Positions 1 through 15,721 of a DNA stretch of 64,000 nt are shown here, one piece after another. The position numbers and the translations under genes were made by a program. The stretch's first letter is position 1; every line of letters starts with the position of its first letter. The stretch is taken from assembly GCA_951406725.2 (NCBI GenBank), contig OX597838.1, positions 41,602,001 to 41,666,000 on the forward strand. Direction: 5' to 3'. A model generated the notes under the pieces. The model worked only from the letters and a program-made list of their open reading frames with translations, made no database searches and was not told where the DNA came from. The stretch comes from Octopus vulgaris. Lineage: Eukaryota.

Positions 1-63
<63 letters not shown>

Positions 64-78
64 GTATATATATATATG

Positions 79-109
<31 letters not shown>

Positions 110-112
110 GTA

Positions 113-520
113 TATCTGCATGATGTGGAAAATATTCCATCAGCATTGCCCAAATGATGTTGGCATCACATCCAAGGCTTGGGCCCCGTGCCATCCGCCC
201 AAAACAAAAATCGCACTCTCATCTCATAACAACAATACGGCACAATTATTTCACCTCAATTGGCCCCGCTCTCTTTAACATTACACCAAAACACATTAAA
301 ACAGAAACTGACCCTATAGGGTTCAAGAAGTCTTTGGACAGATTCCTTCAAGAAATCCCGGATAAACCCCCTACACCCGGATATGTCTCTGTAAACAATA
401 ACTCTCTACTTGAGTGGGCCATAGTGCCCAAATTCTGACTTGAAAGACTTCACCAGGTGGTGCTATTAAGTTAGACATGGCCTGGGCCAATAATGGCCGA
501 AACCTATCAAAGTATCAAAG
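113..520 (+). mobile_element. CR1-like LINE 3' fragment
   Basis: ICMMWKIF...PRLGPRAIRP...FKKSLDRFLQEIPDKPPTPGY...NSLLEW; 3' tail gctattaagttagacatggcc...gaaacc(tatcaaag)2 shared with other copies. Confidence 0.85.
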
Positions 521-526
521 TATATA

Positions 527-575
<49 letters not shown>

Positions 576-815
576 GTATATATATATATATATATATGTA
601 TATAATAAATATAAGAGAGTGGTCACTATATTGATCACTCCAGCACCAGTTAATCCAAAAGGTTTCAACCACGAAAAATACATGTTTCCCATGAAAGCCG
701 GTACGACTGTTAGCTCACACGTATATGTATATATATATATGTATATATATATGTATATATATATATGTATATTTATATATGTATATATTTATATATGTAT
801 ATATATATATGTATA

Positions 816-926
<111 letters not shown>

Positions 927-945
927 ATATATCTATATATATATC

Positions 946-976
<31 letters not shown>

Positions 977-1000
977 GTATGTATATATATATATATATAT

Positions 1001-2190
1001 ATATCTTGACTTCAGTAAAGTGTTCGACAGGGTAGACCATAACATCCTACTCTCAAAATTGGCAAATGTTGGAATCCGTGGAAAAGTTCTACACTGGATT
1101 AAGTATTTCCTGGCGAATAGAACACAACATGTTGTAGTTGATGGAGTCCACTCAAACCCAGCAAAAGTCACCAGCGGTGTTCCCCAGGGAACTGTTTTGG
1201 GTCCGCTACTCTTCATAATTTACGTAAACGACCTTTCCAGTGTCGTACATTACAGCAAAGTGAAAATATTTGCTGATGACACTAAGCTCCAGCAAATCGT
1301 CAATGAAGAAGCAGACCGAACTCAACTCCAGTCTGATCTATATGCAGACAGAAACAAAATGCAACTGAATGAGGGAAAATTTGAGCTGATGCATTTTGGA
1401 AGAAATTCCTCACTAAAACAACCATACTCTCTTCCTTCAGGGGAACCGCTCACAGCCTTTAACAATATCAGAGACCTGGGTGTAATTGTTGATGACGATC
1501 TCAGTTGGAGTGCACACATCAACAAGAAGGTCGATATAGCTCGTAGGATGAGTTCCTGGATCTTAAGAACTTTCCGGTCCAGAGAACAAGGTGTCATCAT
1601 ACCACTTTTTCCTCCTTTGTACGGCCACACCTTGAATACTGCTGCCCACTGTGGTCTCCTCACACAAGACAAAACATCTTCAGAATTGAGTCACCCCAGA
1701 GGGCACTCACTAAACAAATTGAAGGCATGGCTGCTCTCGATTATTGGGATCGCCTTAAAGCCTTGAAACTCTACTCCCTCCAGCGTCGCCGTGAGCGGTA
1801 CATCATTTGTATGATGTGGAAAATATACCGCCAACTTTGCCCAAACGACCTAAACATTAGCTTCAAGGTTCATCCAAGACTTGGACCACGGGCTATACGT
1901 CCCCTACCCAATTCAAGATCACAACATACATGTACACTGCAACATAATTTCTTTTCCTCAACAGGCCCTTCCCTATTTAACAGGGAGATCAAAGAGGAAA
2001 AGGATCCCATCAACTTTAAACAGAGTCTGGATAGATTCCTTCAAAGAATACCAGATAAGCCACCCATAATTGGATACAACTCACTACTTGAACAAAACTT
2101 GACTTAAACAGGATTCGAATAATCCTATCAGGTGATGCTATTAAGTTAGACATGGCCTGGACCAATATTTGGTCAAAACATATCTAAGTT
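1001..2190 (+). mobile_element. CR1-like LINE, 5'-truncated, frameshifted RT domain
   Basis: [53 protein letters not shown]; same 3' tail. Confidence 0.92.
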
Positions 2191-2212
2191 TATGTATGTA
2201 TATATATATATG

Positions 2213-2396
<184 letters not shown>

Positions 2397-2428
2397 TATA
2401 CATACATATATATGTAGTATATTTTAAT

Positions 2429-3012
2429 GTCAGGTCGCTCTGGAGTGCTACTGGTAACATGTAACCCAGTATAACTTGTCGCATGGTTGGGTCGGCGGCG
2501 GCTAAACTGGCAACCCCACCAGGCTTTCTTGGTGAGGTGGGTGATTGTTGGACAACCTTAGGGACAAAAAATAAGGACCTGTCAAAGGGCGGAAGAACTA
2601 CTGTGTAGTCAACAGCCAATTCAATAAGTACCTTGTCGTGGTGAAGTGCCCCTGTGTGCTCCATTGGCCCAGAGAGCTACGGTGGAGGGAGAGAAATCTT
2701 CAGGCAGGTCTTACCAGGCCAGACTGATCGAAGGGTGGGAGACAGACAAAACTTTAATGACAATAAATGGAAGCGTCGGCAGCAGGGCGTGGTTTTAGTT
2801 ATCGGCAGGACCTAACAGATCAGATTCCTGGCTTTGAACCAGCAGGATGTCATGCAGAGGATCTTGAATACAAGACAATGGATGAGATCCTAATATTCCT
2901 AGTTAGAGGGAAACTGCAGGACCCCATGGAGCAGCACCCTGGGACTCCTATAGTATGTGCAACTAAAACCCCTATATAGGGATGTCCTGTGGGACGACCA
3001 GGATGAGAGATA
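2429..3012 (+). mobile_element. RTE-related non-autonomous retroelement; first ~170 bp homologous to 52757-52930
   Basis: Shared gtcagg...tgctactggtaacatgtaacccagtataac...ctaaactggcaaccc...cctgtcaaagggcgga; microsatellite flanks. Confidence 0.6.
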
Positions 3013-3080
3013 TGTATATATGTGTGAGTGTGTGTGTGTATATACACACACATATATATATGTATGAATGTATCTATATC

Positions 3081-3111
<31 letters not shown>

Positions 3112-3159
3112 ATATATATACTTATATAGTTTTTTTCTCTCCTTGTTTTTTCTCTGTCC

Positions 3160-3195
3160 CTTTCTGTAGAAGAGCGTAGGTTCGAAACGTAAAAG
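3160..3195 (+). ncRNA. Minimal type-I hammerhead-like motif (core variant CUGUAGA) in a short repeat 3130-3290
   Basis: cttt-CTGTAGA-a-gagc/gttc-GAAA-cg-TA-aaag; sibling at 58228. Confidence 0.55.
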
Positions 3196-3339
3196 ACTTT
3201 TTCTATTCCTGAGCGTTATACTAATACATCTGTTTGTTTTGTACACCACCTATCTTCGTCTTTTGGGGTTTTTTAAACTCTTCCTATATATTTATATATA
3301 TATAAGTATATATATGTATATATATTTATATATATATAA

Positions 3340-4078
3340 GAGGTAGACCCAGGAAGAATTGGGATGAGGTAGTGAAGCATGATCTTCGAACATCAGGCCT
3401 CACCAAGGCAATGACTAGTGACCAAGACCTTTGGAAATATGCTGTGCTTGAAAAGACCCGGCAAGCCAAGTGAGAGCATAACCCGTGGCCTATGCCAGGG
3501 GTGTAACCAGCCCACTTATGTGTACCTTTCTTTCATTGGACACTAAACTCCGCTTGTGATGATCTGTTGAAGCAAGTGAAATCAAAATCAAATTCAATGA
3601 CAGTACCGCATGACTCGCATCCATGCTAGTGGAGCGCTAAGAGCACCATCCAAGCATGGTCGTTGCCGGGGCCGCTGACTGGCACTTCTGCCGGTGGCAC
3701 ATAAAAAGCACCATTCGAGCGTGATCGTTACCAATGTCGCCTTACTGGCACATGTGCCAGTGGTACGTGAAAAACAACATTCAAGCGAGGACATTGCCAG
3801 TACCACTGGACTGGCTCCTGCGCAGGTGGCACGTAAAAAGCACCATCTGAGCGTGGCCGCTGCCAGTACTGCCTGACTGGCCGTCGTGCTGGTGGCACGT
3901 AAAAGCACCCACTATACTCTCGTAGTTGTTGGCATTAGGAAAGGCATCCAGCTGTAGAAACTCTGCCAGATCAGATTGGAGCCTGGTGCAGCCATCTGGC
4001 TTACCAGACCCCAGTCAAACCGTCAAACCCATGCTAGCATGGAAAACGGACGTTAAACGATGATGATGATGATGATGA
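3340..4078 (+). mobile_element. RTE-LINE 3' end / RTE-tail SINE with internal gtggcacgtaaaaagcacc subrepeats and (GAT)n tail
   Basis: GRPRKNWDEVVKHDLR then repeated modules; ends ggacgttaaacgatgatgat. Siblings near 5990-6295, 26575-26980, 27790-28110, 57620-58105 and 60745-60975. Confidence 0.7.
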
Positions 4079-4790
4079 TATATATGTATGTATATATCAT
4101 CATCATCATCTCATGTTTTGTCCCAGTTAACAGGGGTGGCTAGATCTACTGCAATGCCATAGCAGCTGATGTAGGTAGGTGTAGCCCACCCCAACCTTTG
4201 GGCTAGCAGGTACCCATTCTCCTTTGCTATTACGAGGCTTTTTTGGAGCAGGATTTTCTATGGGGAGCATGCCCTTGCTTATCCCTAACCTCAGTTTCTA
4301 GACGTGAGTAGTCCTGAGACCAAGGCCTCAACCATGGGTTTTACACACACACACACATAATTTTCTGCATTTTTTTTTTTGCAAGATTTCTGACATGAAA
4401 AAGTGTTGAAATAGATATTTTTATATTTTGGAATGGTCACATTTTTCTGAATTGACCACACACTCTTGGTCTTCACTTCTTTTATCACACACCCTGTCAC
4501 TTCTTCAGCGTGACTCTGCATCCCACCCGTTTCCTCTTGTTCAGCCAATTCCCTTTTGTGTACAAAGAGATTAGTCAAAGACAGAAATATTAATAATAAT
4601 AATCTTTTCTACAATAAGCACAAGGCCTGAAATTTGTGGGGAGGGGGAGCAGTCGATTACATTGACCCCAGTATTTAACTGGTACTTACCTTATTGACCC
4701 TGGAAGGATTAAAGGAATCTGAACTTAAAACAAGGATGGACAAAATCCTGCTGAGCATTTTGCCCAGCTGCTAATAATTCTCTCAGTTCA

Positions 4791-4856
4791 CTACCACCAC
4801 CACCACCACCACCACCACCTCCTCCTCCTCCTCCTCCACAACAACAACAACAACAA

Positions 4857-4888
<32 letters not shown>

Positions 4889-4912
4889 ACAACAACCACA
4901 ACAACAACAACA
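4791..4912. repeat. Compound trinucleotide repeat (CCA)n(CCT)n(CAA)n(CAG)n
   Basis: Directly visible. Confidence 0.9.
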
Positions 4913-5086
4913 TAAGCTTGCCAGCATGGAAAACTTACATTAAATGATGATAAAGTAAAGACCAAATAGACAGTGTGTGTGTTTAATTGGCAAAAATGTG
5001 ACCATCCTCAAATACAACATATATCATCAACATCTGACATCTGTTTTCCATATTGGCATGGATTGGGCTGATGACATCTATATATA

Positions 5087-5117
<31 letters not shown>

Positions 5118-5154
5118 CGTATATACACACATACTTTTGCATGTGTGTATGTTT

Positions 5155-5185
<31 letters not shown>

Positions 5186-5271
5186 GACGTATAGCCAGCA
5201 TGGAAGGCGGATGATGAACAGTGAGGGTGATGATATATATAATTACACACACACACACACACACACATAAT

Positions 5272-5852
5272 AACTTTGATAGGTTTCGGCCAGTATAGGC
5301 CCAGGCCATGTCTAACTTAATAGCACTCCCTGGTGAAGTCTATTAGTCACATATGAGGGCACCATGGCCCACTCTAGCAAAGAGGTATTATTGATGGAGA
5401 CATATCCGGGTGTAGGAGGTTGGTCTGGGATTTTCTGAAGAAATTTGCCCAGTGAATATTTGAATTTTATGGCCACCATTTCCATTTTGACGTATTTTGG
5501 TATTAAAGAGAGCTGGACCGGTTGAAGTAAAGTAATTGTGACGTAATGTTGCTATGTGTACAGAGTTCGATTTTTGTACTGAGCGGATAGCACAGGGGCC
5601 AAGTCTTGGATGGATTTTAAAATTGATGCCAACATCATTTGTGCAATATTGATGGAATATTTTCCACATCACACTAATGATGTAGCGCTCTCACAGCGTT
5701 GGAGGGAGTAGAGATTGAGTATTTTTAGCCGACCCCCAATAGCCAATGCCTCTCATGCCATCTGTCTTTCTTGTCATTGACTTCTGGAGTGCCTCCATTT
5801 TCATAATGGGTTGCTTCGCATGGGGGCCCCACAGTGGGCAACAGTACTCAAA
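5272..5852 (-). mobile_element. CR1-like LINE 3' fragment
   Basis: MMWKIFHQYCTNDVGINFKIHPRLGP; reverse-complement tail actttgataggtttcggcc. Confidence 0.85.
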
Positions 5853-6295
5853 TATTTAAGCCACAATTTATAGATTCAAGTAATCCAGTAGCACTCATAA
5901 AAAAAGCTCTTTGATGTATCATTCTACAAAACATGAAGAATATATAGTAATACACAAGAGAAATTATATACATGGAGGCACGCAATAAGCACCATTCATG
6001 CGTGGGTCATTGCCAGTGCCGCCCGACTGGCTTCCTGTGTCGGTAGCATGTAAAAAGCACCATCCGAACATGACTGATCCCAGCAACCCCTGCTCTGAAT
6101 GGCTCCTGGGCTGGGGCCACATCAAAAGCACCTACTACACTCTCGGAGTGGTTGGCGTGAGGAAGGGCATCCAGCTGTAGAAACACTGCCAGATCAGATT
6201 GGAGCCTGGTGCGGCCTCCTGGCTTGCCAGTCCCCAGTCAAACCGTCCAACCCATGCCAGCATGAAAAATGGGCATTAAATGAAGATGAAGATGA

Positions 6296-7632
<1,337 letters not shown>

Positions 7633-7825
7633 AGAAATGAGTTGTGACGTCAGAGGTGCCAAGCTGTATCGACCTTTGTCTTTCCCTTGGATAACACTGG
7701 TGGCGTGGAGAGGGGAGGCTGGTATGCATGGGCGACTGCTGGTCTTCCATAAACTTGTGTCTAGGAGGGTAACTTTCTAGGTGCAATCCCATGGTCATTC
7801 ATGACCGAAGGGGGTCTTTACCCTT
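7633..7825 (+). mobile_element. SINE 3' half; same family as 51402-51712
   Basis: tagaaatgagttgtgacgtca...ctttctaggtgcaatcccatggtcattcatga is the reverse complement of 51405-51590. Confidence 0.75.
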
Positions 7826-8513
7826 ATATATATATATATATATGTCCACATGCACAAACCTACACACATACACACAATGTGACAAGAATCTCCCAGTTTC
7901 TGCATACCGAATCCATTGATGAAGCTTTGGTTGGCCTGGGACTCTACAGCAGAAGATACTTGCCCAAGAGCATGCTTGGGAAACAAGCTTCTTTACATGG
8001 TAACACATGCATGCATGTATACATGTGAGTATATGTGTGTGTGTAGATGTGTGTGTGTGTGTGTTTGTGTTTGTGCGTGTGTTGCACACTTCCCTTCTAC
8101 CAACTTTCTCTCAAAAACCATTCCCCATCCCCATATTGCTATTAATTTTGCTTGTAAAGACAGAAACAATTACAAACAAACAGAACCAAGAAATAAATAC
8201 AAAATTAAAACCAAAACTCCGATTCTCTTCTCCTTGGCACTAATTCTTCCACACTTTAATATACTCCATGTCTTTGATTCTTCTTTCCTAGCTTCCATTT
8301 AAGAGTTCTTCCGACACTATTTTCTATTTTGTCTTTAGAACAGCGAGTGCAGTGTCCCTGGCTATTTCCAGAGTCCCCAAGACTTGTAGGGAGGAAACAA
8401 GGAGTCCTTACACATCAGGCTTCACCCACAGATGCTCGCAGCAGACTTTGCACTTTAGCGAATGTAGCCACAACTTGGATGCTGTGATTGGCCTGGGCAA
8501 AGTATTAAGTCCT

Positions 8514-8605
8514 GCCTGTTTCTGTTCCCTGTTTCTGTTCCCTGTTTCGGTTCCCTGTTCCTCTTCCCTGTTTCTCTTCCCTGTTTCTCTTCCCTGTTTC
8601 TGTTC
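8514..8605. repeat. 13-bp minisatellite (ccctgtttctgtt), about 7 copies
   Basis: Directly visible. Confidence 0.85.
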
Positions 8606-8999
8606 ACTTAGGGTATATGTCTTATTTGTGGGAGTCATTGGAGTGAGGAAATGCTGGAGCAACACTTTGAAGGGTTTTAGTGAAAGAAATCAATCCCAGT
8701 ACTTTTTTGTTTTTGTAAAGTCTGGCACTTACTCTATTGTTTCTGTTTTGTTGAACTGCTAAGCTAAAGGGACATAAACAAACCAACAGCAGTTATCAGG
8801 CTTCCACAGTTTCCACCAAACAAATTCACTCACAAGGCATTGGTTGGTTCATGGCTATATTAGAAGACACCTGCCCAAGGTGCCACACAGTGGGACTGAA
8901 CCTGAAGCCATGTGGTTGGGAAGCAATCTTCAATAGAAACTTCAATAAAATAAACAAGAATAAACAACAACAAAGAAACAAACAAAATGCTAATTGTGG

Positions 9000-9313
9000 T
9001 TACGACTTTTGTTTTGCCAATGTTGCGATTTGCACTTTTTCCCTCAATTTGCCAGGCAACTGGTATTGGACCGCATCAGCAGCAAACTGAACCGAATATT
9101 TGTCAGACATGTGGATCAGGAGCAAGTTGTTGATGTTGTCAAATAGGGAAGCATGTTCGATGATCTCTGATAGATGGGTGTGGCCACGGAGTCTTGCCTT
9201 GTTGACGATGCCAGGGGTGAAACCTTCCAAATAGGTGGCTTCCATTATCAGCAACTTGACCTTCAAGAGGTCAGGTGGTGGGTTTGTTAGGAACACTTCA
9301 AATGTTGTGTCAC
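9000..9313 (-). CDS. TRZ1: tRNase Z terminal coding exon 4
   Basis: Acceptor ctctctttcAG|GT GAC ACA ACA; DTTFEVF...MEATYL...GHTHLSEI...LLLIHMSDKY...KQKS; TAA at 9002-9000. Confidence 0.9.
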
Positions 9314-12300
9314 CTGAAAGAGAGAATGGTGAGGCAGGGGGAGAAGAAGGTTAATCAGTGTCTGTGAGAGGGGGGGCGAGGAGGAGGAGGGAGCGATAAA
9401 GATGTAAATAACAAAAACAAAGAAATAAGCAGAGAGAGAAAGTAGCAATAGAAAAGGCAGAGAGAGAGGGAGGAGGCAATGCTCGCATGGGCCCAGAGGT
9501 TGGGATGTGTCTGTTAGTGACATTACGCCAATCAAGTGAGAGTGTGTGGCCAAGTGGTTAGGGTGCTCAGCTCAAAATTGTATGGTCATGAGTTCAATAT
9601 TCAGTGGCACAGTGTGCCATTGAGCAAGACACTTAATGTCACATTGCTCCAGTCAGCTCAGCTGGCAAAAATCCATTGTACCCGTAATTCAAAAGGCCAG
9701 CCTTATCACATTCTGTGCCATGCTAAATCTCTCTCACAACTATGTTAAGGGTGTCTGTGGAGTACTCGGCCACTTGCATGTTAATTTCACGAGCAGGCTG
9801 TTCTGTTGATCAGATCAACTGGAACCCCTTATCATTGTAACTGACAGAGTACCAATTATACCAATCAATTAGGTGGCCCTTTTTTTGGATGATTGTGTTT
9901 GAAGAACAGAGACCCTTGTAGAAAGGGGTTGGTGGTTCCCTTATGATTTTGGCTTTGTGTTTGGTGGATGCAAGGTTGTGTCAAGACAAAAACACTAGCA
10001 ATGACTTACCTGTAAAAGCCACCTCTGGGACATATTGGACATCATAAAGAGACAGATTCTTATTCTCTGATTCCAGAACAGTTAATTGTTTTGAGCTTAG
10101 GTGTCTGAAATGAGGCTTTGGCGTCAGAGCCCGATGATAAATCAGGTAACCTTGGCTTGGCACTCGGTGGTATGTGGCAAATGGACGGACTATATACTGA
10201 GAAGATACCTGCAATGGAAAAGGAAACTCTAAGACTAAAATCAAGAAGGAAGAAGAAGAAGAAGAAGAAGAAGAAGAAGAAGAAGAAGAAGAAGAAGAAG
10301 AAGAAACCTGAAGTTTATTGATAAATCATTTGATAAGGAATTTTGTGGTTTGTTGAAGTAATTTGAAAGTTGCATGGTTGAGTCTTCGAGAATCCCCTTC
10401 CCACTGTGAAGAAAAGAAGCTGGAACTATTTGTCTTTTATTTGTTCCAGTCATTGGACCATGACCATGCTGGAGCAATGCCTTAAGGAATTTGGTTAAAT
10501 GAATTGCCCCACCACATCCCCGTCTGGCACTTCTATCAATCTCTTTGCTGAACTGCTAGGCTATGGTGACATAAACAAACCAACACTTGTCCTCATGTGA
10601 GGGAGGGGACAAACACACACACACACACATACACTGTGGGGTTCCACACAGTTTCTGTCAACCAAATTCCCTGACAAGACATTGGTCAGCCCAGGACCAT
10701 AGGAGTCACATGTAGACAGAGTACCAAGGTGTTGCACAGTGGAACTGAACTCGAAACCACACAGCCATGCCCATGCCTACAAATCTAAGACAAAAACACT
10801 AGCAATGACTTACCTGTAAAAGCCACCTCTGGGACATATTGGACATCATAAAGAGACAGATTCTTATTCTCTGATTCCAGAACAGTTAATTGTTTTGAGC
10901 TTAGGTGTCTGAAATGAGGCTTTGGCGTCAGAGCCCGATGATAAATCAGGTAACCTTGGCTTGGCACTCGGTGGTATGTGGCAAATGGACGGACTATATA
11001 CTGAGAAGATACCTGCAATGGAAAAGGAAACTCTAAGACTAAAATCAAGAAGGAAGAAGAAGAAGAAGAAGAAGAAGAAGAAGAAGAAGAAGAAGAAGAA
11101 GAAGAAGAAGAAGAAGAAACCTGAAGTTTATTGATAAATCATTTGATAAGGAATTTTGTGGTTTGTTGAAGTAATTTGAAAGTTGCATGGTTGAGTCTTC
11201 GAGAATCCCCTTCCCACTGTGAAGAAAAGAAGCTGGAACTATTTGTCTTTTATTTGTTCCAGTCATTGGACCATGACCATGCTGGAGCAATGCCTTAAGG
11301 AATTTGGTTAAATGAATTGCCCCACCACATCCCCGTCTGGCACTTCTATCAATCTCTTTGCTGAACTGCTAGGCTATGGTGACATAAACAAACCAACACT
11401 TGTCCTCATGTGAGGGGAGGGGACAAACACACACACACACACATACACTGTGGGGTTCCACACAGTTTCTGTCAACCAAATTCCCTGACAAGACATTGGT
11501 CAGCCCAGGACCATAGGAGTCACATGTCCAAGGTGTTGCACAGTGGAACTGAACTCGAAACCACACAGCCATGCCCATGCCTACAAATCTATAGAAACGA
11601 AAACCCCACCCTAATTGCACGTATGCTAGCCTCAACATCACTATTTTAAGACCTCCTCACCCCCAACTCTCATTCTTGCAGGAGTTGGTTGGACAAGATT
11701 TTTCCAGAAACTCATAAGAACTTGTTGTGATTTCTTTCTTGGTGGTCAGCATTCGGAGCTCAGCCTTCATCAGTTCTTTCCTTGTCTGCCTCTTCTACAA
11801 GTTCCTTGTCCCACTTTAATCATTTGGCATTTCTTCATCCCAGCTGCCATCTCTCATTCGCAAAACAGCTCGGCAGCAACAAAGGCTTATTTCTCTCTTG
11901 AGCGATTGACTCTTATGTCTAATTTATTTGTCTGTCTCATTGTGAGTGAGTGGGTGGGTGAGTGAGTACGTGCATGTATGCGTGAGTGAGTGAGTGAGTG
12001 AGTGAGTGAGTGAGTGAGTGAGTGCGTGCGTGCGTGCGTGAGTGAGTGAGTGAGTGAGTGAGTGAGTGAGTGAGTGAGTGAGTGAGTGAGTGAGTGAGTG
12101 AGTGAGTGAGTGAGTGAGTGAGTGAGTGAGTGAGTGCGTGCATGCGTGAGTGAGTGCGTGCGTGAGTGAGTGAGTGAGTGTGTTTGTGTGTGTGTGTGTT
12201 TGTGTGTTTGAAGTATGATTTCCGCTCTTGAAAATCCTGACAGATTTGGTAATTGATAATTTCTTCATGTTACCAGCTGTTATGTCAACAAGAGATTTTG

Positions 12301-15300
12301 TGAGTAACCCACTTTGAGTGAATTAACCCCATTCACCAGACAACATCCAGAGTCTTTCATAAACATTTCATTAATAATAATAATAATCATTAGTGTTAGC
12401 AAATGATAACAAGAATTTATGAAGCTGGATAATATGAAATGTTCAGAGTCGTCTCCTTTGCAAAACTTCACTATTTTTCCTAATCCCACATGTTTTAATA
12501 CGGCTGTAACATGTAGAAATATTCCAGTCTACCGTTAGATTATTTAAAAATGTAACCAACAGCCTTTTATAACTGTCTGTTGTTTTGTGTGAAGGTACAA
12601 ACGTGTTGTTAAGACGTTTCCTTAGCAACTACATTGTTCTGAGTTTCTGGATTCAACCCCATTGCTTGGGTCCTTGGACAAGGGGCTTCTACAGCCTCAG
12701 GTCAATCAGTTCATTGTGAGAGAGAAAGTGCACAGGAGCCTTTCATTCTTTCTTTGGTCAGGGAGGTGGTGGAGGCTGGGGTTTTAGGGCCGGATGCTCT
12801 TCCTGTCACCAAACCTTATCTGTTTTCAAAATAAGGGACTTTCTTCTACTCCAGAGGAATTCAAATGTGCACAGCTGGAGGGTGATTTGTTGAACAGGAA
12901 ATGTCAACAAACATCACCAGTTGCAACTCAACCTCAAATGGTGGCACCACTACTTGTAATTGATCCACAAACATGTGTATCAGCATCATCATCATCATCA
13001 TTTTAATGTCCACTTTTCCATTGGTTGGTTGGAATGTGCTGAGGGAGATCTTCTTTGGCCAGATATTGTTCCTGTCACCAGCTCCACTTGTTTCCGAGTA
13101 AGGCAATATCTCCCCCATGGTCAGACATGTTCTCACAAAAGGTTCGAAATGAATTACACTTTTATGATGTTGATGCTTGTTTATAACTGTTATGCTATGT
13201 CAAGACAAGGAAACAGAAACAAACAAACACACACACATCGTATATGGAAGGCTTCTTTCAGTTTCCATCGACCAATTCCACTCACAAGGCTTTGGTTGAC
13301 CTGAAATTATAGAAGAAGATACTTACCCATGGCACCGTGCAGTGAGACTGAACTGCAAGCCATGGGGTGGGGAAGCAAACTAATTAACCACACAGCCACA
13401 AGCGAGTGTGTGTGTTTATATCCCAGTATTGGATGTCAATGACTTAGCCATTTTATAGAGATCAATAAAATATATACTGGAGTCAATATCATTCACTACA
13501 AAAAAAAAAAGAGAAAAAAAATCTTTAAAGGTTGTGCTCCAGAATGGCCAAAGTCCAATGAAAGAAACCAGTCAGAAAATATAATACTGTTTTCTGGCTG
13601 TTCTAAAGGATTTACAGTCAAAGGAGTTTCACCCATGACCATCCCAACTTTTGACAACATTAAATAATATAGCCTTTATTTTTTAAGATGGAAATTTATC
13701 TGTTTCGAATATTTAAGTTGGAAATAGGGGAACAGCAAAATGGTTTTACTGGTTCTGTAGAACTTATCCGTTGTTCCTTCTTTCAATTACATCTGTCATG
13801 GCAGCAAGCGTTCGGCTAGAGATTTATTGGCGGCATGATCTTGGGGCTGGATGCTCTATCACCAAAGCTTCCTCTTTTTTCAAGTAAGGGTCTCTTTATA
13901 CTTAGATTTTTGTATCTGGCTTGCAAAAGATTCTTTAACCCTTTAGTATTTAAACCGGCCATATCCGGCCAAAATAGCTAATCTGTTTTATGTTCATTAT
14001 GTTTGATAGAATAATCTGAACACTAAAGGGTTAAGTGAATTCGTGTGTTGTAACAAATTTTGTTGTGGCTAAAGAGAGTCATTATACCAACATTATTAGC
14101 ACACACACTCGTTCAATTCCACTCGTTTCTCATTAGTCAATTGGTTAAATATCTAACAGATTGTTTAATTAGCTCTGTTTTTGTTTGTCAAAGTTCTTTC
14201 ATTGCTACTTGCAACCTTTTCAATGACTGTTTGACTTCGTCCGTTCTCGAGGCCCCATTTGTCTGTCTGTCTGTCTGTTATTGAAAAGATTGCAAAGAGC
14301 AACAAAAAAGCAGCGACAAACAAAATCAAATTAAACAATTAATTAGTTAAAATAAGCAGTTTACCTCATAGGACCAGGAGGGGTGGTCGCAGGTGGATTG
14401 GTATCATAAGGATTTAAGCAGTGAAGTTGTCAGACGAAATGCTTTGCAGTTGTAGTTATTCTTTTACTTGCTTTGGTCATTGGACTGCGGCCATACTAGA
14501 GCACCACCTTTAGTCGGACAAATTGACCTGAGGACTTATTCTTTGTAAGCCTTGTACTTATTCTATTGGTCTCTTTTGCTGAACTACTAAGTTACGAGGA
14601 CGAAAACACACCGACATTGGTTGTCAAGCGATGGTGGAGGGAACAAACACAAACACACAAATACATACATAGAGACATACAAACACACGCACACACACAC
14701 ACACATATATATATATATACGACAGGCTTCTTTCAGTTTCTATCTACCAAATCCACTTACAAGGCTTTGGTTGTCCCAAGGGTATTGCCCAAAGTGCCAC
14801 GCAGTGGGACTGAACTCCTAATGTTTCATTAGTTCAAATTTGACTGAAACCAACTTTGTTTTTCTTCTTTCTGGGGTTGATATCCAGAAGAATTGCTTTT
14901 TTCATGAATTCTTAAAGAATCTCTTCACGGAAGATAAGATGATACACTGTACTGAAGTGGATTAACTAATCCAGTAAAAGACAAGGAGATGATACAGAAT
15001 ACAATAATGGATCAAGCAAGCTTTCATTAAACCTTGAGCATTGAAACTAGCCATCTCTGGCTCAAATATTCTACCTGTTTTATCTTAAAACTGGCTAGAT
15101 CCTGCCTCTCACACCTAGCCTACAATGTTATTTTAAAAATAAACAATCACATCATTGAAATCTTGAAGTTACAACATAATGCCTGATTCCTTGAAAACAA
15201 TGTGAATAAATAATCATTAAATTTGAAATCTGAATGCTAAAGAGTTAATTATTGATACAAGTCCACAAGGTTTTGGTGAAGGGTTCAATGCTTTACTTCA

Positions 15301-15688
15301 GCCAACATTGGTGGAATCTTTCAGAAAGCCTTATTAAAACAAACTTCCTGAAATATGAGGCTGTTGTTATTAGAAACACACCAACAGCAACTGCAGAGCA
15401 AAGGGAAATAAATCAGAAGAAAACCAAAACCATTTTCCACCTGATTTCTTTTTGTTTTTTAAGATTTATCTCTTTTTGTTGGTGGCCGATATAAGGATTA
15501 GTTTCATTCTGGTTGGATTTTAAAGGAAAGGATATAATACAAGATGGCACAAGTGTGGCTGTGGGGTTAAGAAGTTTTGTTTGTAAAACTATGTCGTCTT
15601 GGGTTCATTCTCACTACATGACAGACAGCTTGGGCAAGTGTCATTTACTACAGCTCTCACAGAGACAGAAACTGAAAGAAGCCCATTT

Positions 15689-15721
<33 letters not shown>

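Larger units (their letters stand above)
9983..11590. repeat. 804-bp tandem duplication (9983-10786 and 10787-11590) containing tRNase Z exon 3, a (GAA)n tract and a SINE
   Basis: Near-identical copies. They differ by 9 nt of (GAA)n, one G and a 10-nt indel (agacagagta). Junction is aaatct|aagacaaaaacactag. Confidence 0.95.

Noticed and set aside
478-520. ggcca/tggcc hairpin followed by GAAAC as a hammerhead
   Set aside because: No upstream CUGANGA; it is the CR1-like LINE 3' stem-loop and tail.
4709-4965. Poly-Cys/poly-Gly or poly-Val proteins (also poly-Tyr/Thr at 49257-49619)
   Set aside because: Trinucleotide-repeat translations, with no splice or domain support.
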